NCBI RefSeq assembly: GCF_040938485.1
Contig: NW_027270889.1
Location: 558,001 to 622,000 of the forward strand
Length of the DNA stretch: 64,000 nt
Reading direction: 5' to 3'
Origin: Diadema antillarum
Taxonomy: Eukaryota
The translations under genes and the position numbers were made by a program. The notes under the pieces were generated by a model. It saw only the letters and a program-made list of their open reading frames with translations. It was not told where the DNA came from and made no database searches. Positions 24,729 through 33,817 of the stretch are shown here, piece after piece; position 1 is the first letter of the stretch, and every line of letters starts with the position of its first letter.

Positions 24729-27700
24729 AATATGTATCAATCCATCACTCTCTGTCTGCCTTTCTCAGATGACAGTCCACCGATTCTGACTCCCCTGCCA
24801 CCGTCAAGACGAGTCTTCGCCGAGCCTCTCCAAACGAGCGTCACCGTTGACTGGGAGCCCCCTCGGGTGGAGGGCGAGACGGAGGAGATTACCGTGGTGC
24901 ACGAGGCGGGGCCCGCTCCAAACAGCGACTTAGAGGAAGGAGTCCACTGGGTATCGTACTATGCAGAAGACAGCGCAGGGAACGTTGCCAAGCATACTTT
25001 CAATATCACAGTGATAGGTACTGAATTTAGATGGCTTTCGCTCTGTTTTTGTTCTTAGCAGTAGTAGGGCCTATTAGTAGTATTAGTAGTTAAAACAGAG
25101 GGGTTATAGATAATAATGGTAGTAACAACAATAATAGTAATAATGATAATAATAATGATAACAATAAAAAAAATAATTATAATAATAATAATACATCCAT
25201 AATATATGATTCTGTTATCTTTTAAGATTCATAGTAGTAATAGAAGTTATGGTAGTAATATCACCTAGTTATCATCATCACCATCATCATCCTTATCATC
25301 ATCGTCATTATCATTATTACATTTATAACATTTTTAACAAATATTTCAAGATATGATGAAAAGTTTATAACAATGAATTCTTTGTCTTACAGATGATAGA
25401 ATAAAATACAATCGCAAACTTACTTGAAGAATAGGGTCACTTTAAGAGGAAACATCGTGATTAATATTCAGTAATTCTATATTTATGTCCGTGGAAATAT
25501 TAACCCACTGGCTTTGATATTTACAACAGTGGTCCGCTGCCCCGAACTGGAAGTAACCGGTAATCCCAGGGTAGACTGTAGCCATGGTAACCTCCTTGGC
25601 TCCTCCTGCTCTGCTGATTGTCTCTATTTTTCAAACCTGGTTGGATCCTCGGTTCTCGAATGTCTCTCAGACGGGAGGACGGAGGTGGGAAGTTGGAGTG
25701 CTTCTCTTCCATCTTGTCAAAGTGAGTTATAGTATATCACGACGAAAGAAAAACCCTTCTTATTTAATACGCCAATGTACCGGGTAATTTGTCCGTCAAT
25801 CATGTCAGTTGCAAAGAAGAAACCTGAGTAAATTGCCAGGTTAAGGAGATGGTATAGTGTTGGTGGAGATGAGCATTGGGCTTGTAACTTTCTGCTAAGC
25901 ATCAAGAAATCACTCATGAAATAGTACAGAGCATGTCATTCATCGGTTTTTGAATGGCTGAGACATCCAAAAACAAAATAGGACAAAGAGACCGTAATAA
26001 AAAGTGGGTCCCACCTTTTATTAGGATCACTCTATTTTGGATATCTCAGCTGTTTTCAAACCAATTTTCATCAAATAAACGATGAATTCCTTTTGGAATC
26101 ACATGCTCTTTCATATCACATAAGAGGTTTCTCGTTATCTCACCAAAGAATGCTAGAAACATGAAGTAAAAACTCCCTTTAAGTCAGTAATAAGAAGATC
26201 AAAAGAAAATACTGTAATGTACCTTGTCTTACATTCCACTGTCAGCCATCTGAGTGTGATATATTGACGTCAAATGGTGACGAGATTGTATGCGGATAAA
26301 ATGAGTACTTTAGTCCAAAACTGGTCATAAATCATCTGTTGGTAAAACGTGCTGATGTATATGTGACATGAGAGGGCAATGGATGAACAATTCACATCCT
26401 GGAGACTTCCAAACACTATCTCTTTGCATTTTGATATTCGAAAGTGCTTGCAGAGATGCAATATTTGTATCTACTTGACAGAACAAAAAAGGCGGTCGTG
26501 TTCATAATTATGGAAGTTATGTCACATATTTTTGGCTAAAATCACTTGTTTCTACTAACCTTTCAAAGAAAGAAAATCTGTCAATGTGCACACGGCTCTG
26601 ATCATCTTTCTCTAGTTTCCTACACCTACCTACTCACTCAATTCCGATCATTGCAAAAACAATCATATAATTTTGTAAAAAAACGGAGTAAAGATAAATT
26701 GAATCAAATCAAATCAAATCAAATAATATTAATATCAAAGAATGAAGTTCAATTCTGATAAAAGTGTTGTCAACGCACATAGTGGGAATGATGTGATGCA
26801 TGATGTAAATCATTACAATCTGTGCAAATGAATGCATTGGATTTGCATTATTCAATCCTTCAAACATTATTTTGTTGATATATTTTATCCATTTTTTCCA
26901 TTCTTTTTTATAATATTTCGACCCATCAGTTCAGACGTGTCCAGCCCTGGATGTCCCGCCATTTGCCACGATGAGTGAGTGCCCTGCCGGCGAGGTGGAG
27001 TCCCATGAATTTGGGATCAGCTGCAAGTTCACCTGCCTCGAGGGATACTTCGGCGTGGGCGAGCCGAGGAAAGTGTGCCGGGCTGACGGGTGGTCAAGCA
27101 CAGACTTCCGGTGTCAGAGTGAGAGTGCCCCTGCTTAGCGTTTCCAACACTTCTAGAAACATCGTTGTACTTCGCAGTCTTTAGTCCCACAGCGTTTCCA
27201 ACACTTCTAGAAACATCGCAATACTTCGCAGTCTTTAGTCCCACTAAGTATGACAAGTGTAATGTAAATAGAATGTTGATCGTGGCAAAGCGAGAGCGTA
27301 GGGAATTTAAAATTTTCTTATCTGCTTTTATACAATCCACAGCACATTTCGATACATTTTTTATTTTATTTGGGGGGGGGGGGGGGAGGAGGGGGAGAGT
27401 TGCATTTTTTCCACCTTTACTTTGTTTTGCCGCAATTTGCTTTGAATGCCGATTTGACTGGTGCAACGAGCACGTAATTGGAAGCTTGTTTATAACTGTA
27501 CTTGGTGACATTACTTTTTTTAAGAAGACACGGGTGCCTGTGTTATATTCAGTTATTTGTGTTGTTCCATTAAGAGCTTGGTATGTTGTTGTTTTTTTTC
27601 CTTCTGAAAATTTTCCATCAAATTTGCCCCAACCTGTTTTGTTTTGTGTTTTTTTTTCAAACGCCAGGGCTACCATGTATGCCACTGCAACAGACTGCAG

Positions 27701-30700
27701 GTCTGATCATTTTCCCGGATGATTGTGTGACGGCGCCAGTGTACGGTACGGTTTGTGGCGTGCAGTGCAGGAGGTCTGGCTTTAGTCTTCTGCGTGAAGA
27801 CCTGACGGAGACTCGCTGCACGGCGGACGGCACGTGGGAGCACAGTCTTGAGGAGTTCAGTTGTCATGGTGACTACATATTTTCATCTTTCACCGAGTTT
27901 CTTCCTCAGCTAAGTTCATGAAGTTAGACTCCCTGTGGCCCTGTCAATGCATACCATACATGAAATACGTTAAAAACAACAACAACAAACAACGGTAAAC
28001 TATCCACCAATGCTACAAAGGCTATTGATATCCCAGGCCTTGCCTGGAAAACTTCCTACATTAGTTTCGTTCAGGCGGCGATACTCAACCTTGAGAATAA
28101 GCTAACTTAGGATAAGCTCTATGGGACGCCAAATGTCGCACGGTCAATTTCGTTGCGAAATCAATTGTGCGACGTTTGGCGCCCCATAGAGCTTATCCTC
28201 GAATTTACATTTGTAGCTTATCTTCGTCACCGTCAGAACGTAACTACAATTCCTTGACCCCAAATATCCCTAAACAAACAATCGAAAACAAAAACTACTG
28301 ATTGCCGAAATATAGAACAAAAGGGAACCTTTGTCCGTTTTGTCCCACAAATTAAAAGTTTTAATATGTTCATGAAACTAGAGGTGCAAATGCAACATCT
28401 CAAGCTACATTGTAGTATGTTTAGGTATTCCATACTGGAGTCATTCCACTATGTTCCAACGAGTTAATCTCCTTTAACGTTAGCGTAAGGAGTGCAAAAT
28501 TCTGTTGCTGACATTTAAGCTGAATGAAATCTAACATTTACATTCTCTTTCATCTTTGAAATATAAAAATTAGTCCATTTCCATAAGAGAAACAAAAAAG
28601 TGAAATGTTTCAGTACTGCACTATAAATAAAAAAAGACAATCCTTTATCATACAAGACAATGAAGATCGGAGGGGCGTTGTATTTTTATTTTTTGGTGGT
28701 GGTGGTATTTGTTCTACTGATTCTGAGTTTCTCGGTTTAAAATTGTATATGAGTATTTTCATATTTCTTGCTTTCAATACCAGAATAATATCATCAACCA
28801 TTTCAGAATTTCAGTGCATAATGCACTTCAGAGGTCGTAGATGTTATAACACTCTGCAGCATCTGAAGTCGCACTGCTTATGCTACGGTACATGCATAAT
28901 GTAACTGTTGTGATTATATTGGTATGGGGGAATACGTACTCAGTTGCATTTAAACTTCATTCATATCATGTCCTGTCATTCATTCATTCATTTTTGGAGC
29001 CAGTTTTGTCATAAGTGGGCTAATTTCATTTGTGTGATATGTTTTGAAGATGAAGTTGGACAATGATAATGATATATCCTAAGACAACCGACATATCATG
29101 TCCTGTCATTCATTCATTCATTTTTGGAGCCAGTTTTTTCATAAGTGGGCTAATTTCATTTGTGTGATATGTTTTGAAGATGAAGTTGGACAATGATAAT
29201 GATATATCCTAAGACAACCGACGAATACAGAGATAGCAAGTCAAGAATATTATGCTTAATTGATTTATAAGACATTTCGGTAATGGGGCACCAATATCTA
29301 CTATTACAAATAAACAATTTATTGATGTTCATGTGGGTATGAAAATTTACAAGTGTATGACAATCGTAATTAGACCTCACAAGACTCGGAAATGATGAAT
29401 TGTGATGTCCTCTCAAACCCTAGATGTGGCTGCACCGGTGATTGAATATTGTCCAGCGTCCACCACCGTCTCAATCACCGAGAAGTGGGGAGTGGAGGTG
29501 ACCTTCCGCCAACCTATTGCCCGGGACAACAGTCAAGGCGACCTGCGTATGGTAACCTCGCCGCCGGACGTGGCTACACCGTACAACATTACCCAGGACA
29601 CGCAGTTCTCATTCACTTTTTATGATGAGGCCAACAACAGCGCAGAGTGCCGATTTGACGTGTTCGCAAAATGTGAGCATTACATGTGGTGTTTGAGACT
29701 AACCCTTTGCCAATAGGAAGGAGAAGGGAGGGATACAGTGATTCTATTAAAATCATATCGAAGGTTTGAATTTGAACAAGGTACCGAAGTATTCTCTTCT
29801 TTTCTTTTCCTCAAAATACTTTCTAATCAATGTTAACAGATCGATATGGTAAAGAAATATATGTAGACTTGTAGAATTGGCAATTAGGTGAAGATATCAA
29901 CTTTTATCCATCCTATCAAGATAAGAATTACAAACACACATTAATCTCATATGTTTATGCCTTTGAATGATTCGATTTCTTGCTTGCGTATAGCAACCAA
30001 ATTTCACACGATGCTTCGTTAATATCAAATTTGTATTTCCGACGTGTGATTTGAAAGTTATCAGTTATCTGTTGCATCAATAAATAAATCTGCTATATTA
30101 ATAAATTTCATGCCAAGTGTTTTGTGTTTACGATGTTTTATCTCTTGTTCTTGTGTTGATCTATTGATCTATTGATTTGGTTTTGAAGTCGTTAGCTGCT
30201 ATAAGAGAAATTAATCCCATGCAATATTTCTTCTTGCTGTTATTGAAGATGAACTGCCAGCGGATATTCTTCTCTGTCCTAATGACACCGTCATTGAGAC
30301 CTTGGAGTCGACCCTAAATGTGTCTTGGGAAAGGCCGCTGTTTGAGGGGGAGGATCGCGAAAACATCGTGGTGTCCGCCAATGTCAATACCACGTGGAAG
30401 GTGCTACAGCTTGGCACTCACGTCATAGAGTACATCGCGGTCAACACTCACAGCGGGGAAGAGACGGTGTGCAGCTTTAACATCACTCTGGAACGTGAGT
30501 ATTTCACTTCACGAAGGCATTGTTATGAGTTGCTTGATTCCCTGATGTATTTTGTTCTTGTTAAGGGTCGGTTAAGGTTTCAAATGTTTTCTCGCAAATT
30601 GTATATATTTACGATTAAACCTGCTCTTTAAAGAGGAAAGAAAATGATAAGAAATATGAAATATTTTCAATCATAACTTCAAGCATATTTCATTTCATGT

Positions 30701-33700
30701 GACAAGCGAGGTATCATAGGAAGTGTCAAACTGCATACTGCTTTATTTGATAGCGGACTTCATTTAAGGTTAAAAAATGACGCTTAATTAGTTTTGCAAT
30801 CAAACTCGTCACACATCAACCATAATGTTGTTCTATTCACAGCGCCGCATTGTCCCACGCTGGAACCGCCACACAACGGCGCCCTCTCTTGTCGCCGATG
30901 GCCCAGGGGAGAATTCTGCAGCCTCTCATGTGACGATGGCTACGACGTGCCGCGGCTGCCTTCGGAGGAAGCTCCGCCTTCCATGTATTCGTGCATGAAC
31001 TCCAAGGAGTGGCAACCACATTCAAATGTCCCAGACTGCTCAGGTATTATACCACGTGACCTTAAACTTCTTTCAAAGTAGACCACCAAATATGAGTAAA
31101 GTGGAACATTGCAAATTTGTACTTGTATAATAGGGATAATGACGAAAATGCAAGAATTTAGTTGCCCTTAAAATTTTACGACAATAGTCATTTTTGTGGA
31201 GAAACTTCACTCATAATTGAAGCATATCATAACCTGCCTACCGACAAAACGATCTTGGCTTGATTGGATAGGCGATCTGGCATGGCATTTTTGTTTGTTT
31301 GTTTGTGTGTTTTATTTCAAAATTGAAAATCCCGAAACACACAGCTGGCTGGGGGTAAAATATCGAAACTCATTTGATCGTAGTTAACAGTGACTTTATT
31401 TCCATTTCATATAGATGCTTAGTCACGTGGAAGCGTGAACTTTGTAACGACATTACTTTTCCGTTCGCTATGTTAGGTTTGATAGGACGTACAGTGTATC
31501 TTGAAATCGAGATTCAAGATTCAAGATGCCAATGTTGTTTTCCATGGTGCAATATTCCTGATAAACCCCGCGACGTGCTACCATTAAATTTTACTGTATT
31601 TCCTCGCTTTTTCCCCAGAGGAGCGGAATCGTAGAAGGAGCAACCTTCCAGCAGAGATGTACCACACTGGAGATTGTGCTGATGTGTCAACCCAGGAGCA
31701 GATTGCCCTGGCTCTCATGACCATCTTCAGGTCGTCCGACTCCGGGTCCATCTGTGAGGAGAATGATGCGGAATGCTCCATCAATCATGTATCCGTCACA
31801 TGCGGCTCGCAGGATGCATTTCGGGAACTTCCCCCGACGCGTCTGAACAAACGCAGCGCGTTTACATCCGGAAGGCTCGCATCCATGTGTCCGCCTAGTC
31901 AGCGGGGGGAGATGACGCGGAAGAACGTTACCCGTATTTCCTTCAACATCGGTTTGGAAGACGGGATGTCAGCTGCTGCAAACGGTGACGTCGATCTCTC
32001 TGAGCTGCGTGAACAGTTGGACAGCGCTGCCCAGAACATGGCGTCCCGATTTGTCGACGTTCTCTCCAGCACGTTGGAAGATCTTCTCACAGGGAGCCGT
32101 GACATCGACTCACGGTTGATGGAATGGCTCTGCGAACCCGTCGTGCAGTTTGGTGAAGTGGAAATCGAATGCGACGATGGCTTCGTCCGCCAGGCGACAT
32201 CATCATTGAAATGTGGTGAGTATTCCATATCAAATAAACTGTCATTGCGTCCTGTCATGCCTGGACACCAGCGTGGATCAGGTGAAACATGTGACGGTGA
32301 CTTATAAATTTCATTATAAATGATTTGATAAAGAAAAAAGTTTTCGGCATATTGGCATTTCACGTTTCCAAGTCGTCACGCTGTCCATGTACCCTGAATC
32401 TCACTATATCCCTCCAAAAAGTGCAGATGCATGCACTAACAAGATTTGGGTCAAGATCCTAAAGGTCGAGGACTTTGCCTTGTGATCAAAATGTTCTCGT
32501 TTGTACCTTGTATGCCATGGTGCATGTTAAATCCTTCAGTAGCCATGGTAGTTGGTCTGTATAAATAGATTAACACTGAGTGACTTATACACAACTAAGG
32601 TTTTGTTCGTTAGCTTAAACGCAGGACATGGTTTTCTTTTGACACTTTGTTTGTTTGTTTTTATTCAGTGGCATGTCCAAGAGGCTTTTACTCCGCGGGA
32701 AGTGAGTGCATGCCTTGTGCCCAAGGATTCTACCAAGACAAGCCTGCCCAGACATCATGCGAGCCGTGTCCACCGGGGCAGAGCACGTCAAGAACGGGCA
32801 GCAAAACAATGGATTCCTGCACTGGTATGATATGCTGAAGATTTACAACATTGGACATCAATAATTGATATCATAGGGTTTTTGCTTCAATTTGTGTGAA
32901 ACCCCCGAACTGCAGTACTGGTTTTGAAAGGGGTTCATGTGTCCTTTGTCTCTTTTGTGGAGTCTATATGTTTTTGCAATGATGTGTTAAATCTGATAAT
33001 TTGTTTCTGGTTTTAGCATTTTGTGTATGTACAAATTGAAGATAAATTAAGTTGACATACAGAACATGTGTCCATTTGAGCTACAGGCGATGATGTGATG
33101 TAAACTGGTAAAGCACTGCTGAGAAACAACTGAATAGTTCGGAAGACCGCTATACAAATGTTTTGCAGTTTGTTGTTCGTTTGTTTTCAGAACGCCCATT
33201 GCATCTGGTGTCAAATATTGTTCCTTAGCGTTGTTTTAGTTAATCTACTTCTTTTAGGAATGTAGATTAAAAGACCAAAATATAAATGGCTTATCCTGTA
33301 ATTTCCTACTTGCCAATAATATCATACAATGTATCAAGCCAAAAGTAATTCAAAAGCTGTACATATGACTTCAATATCATGGAGATTCAAGTAGAAAAAC
33401 TTCCTAAAGAGAACAGATAATACTAATATTGCAAAATTAGATAACTGACATCTGCTTCAGCTCCAATTAAATGTCTTTGTAAATTGGTACTGTACAAAAT
33501 TGTTCATCACTGAGGAAGAAAATTGGTTTAAGGGACTACTATCTTCTGCCAGTGCCACTCTTAACTGCCAATCCAATTTTGTGTTACCATCAAAAACAAA
33601 TCCTATTAGATAGAAGAAGTGTTACAATAGTCATTCAGAGACAGAAAATCAGCCTTTTTGGTCGAATATTTTTAGGGTCTGATACTTGAATATGCATCTT

Positions 33701-33774
33701 TTCCTGTCAATACACGTGTGTATATTATTTTTTTCGGGTATGACATCATATCACATGACAATGTCCCATTATAT

Positions 33775-33817
<43 letters not shown>

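Noticed and set aside
31899-32363. Antisense 154-aa ORF, and other antisense ORFs over exons (e.g. 44012-44626, 22748-23071)
   Set aside because: Shadow frames of GC-richer sense exons; no recognisable motifs.
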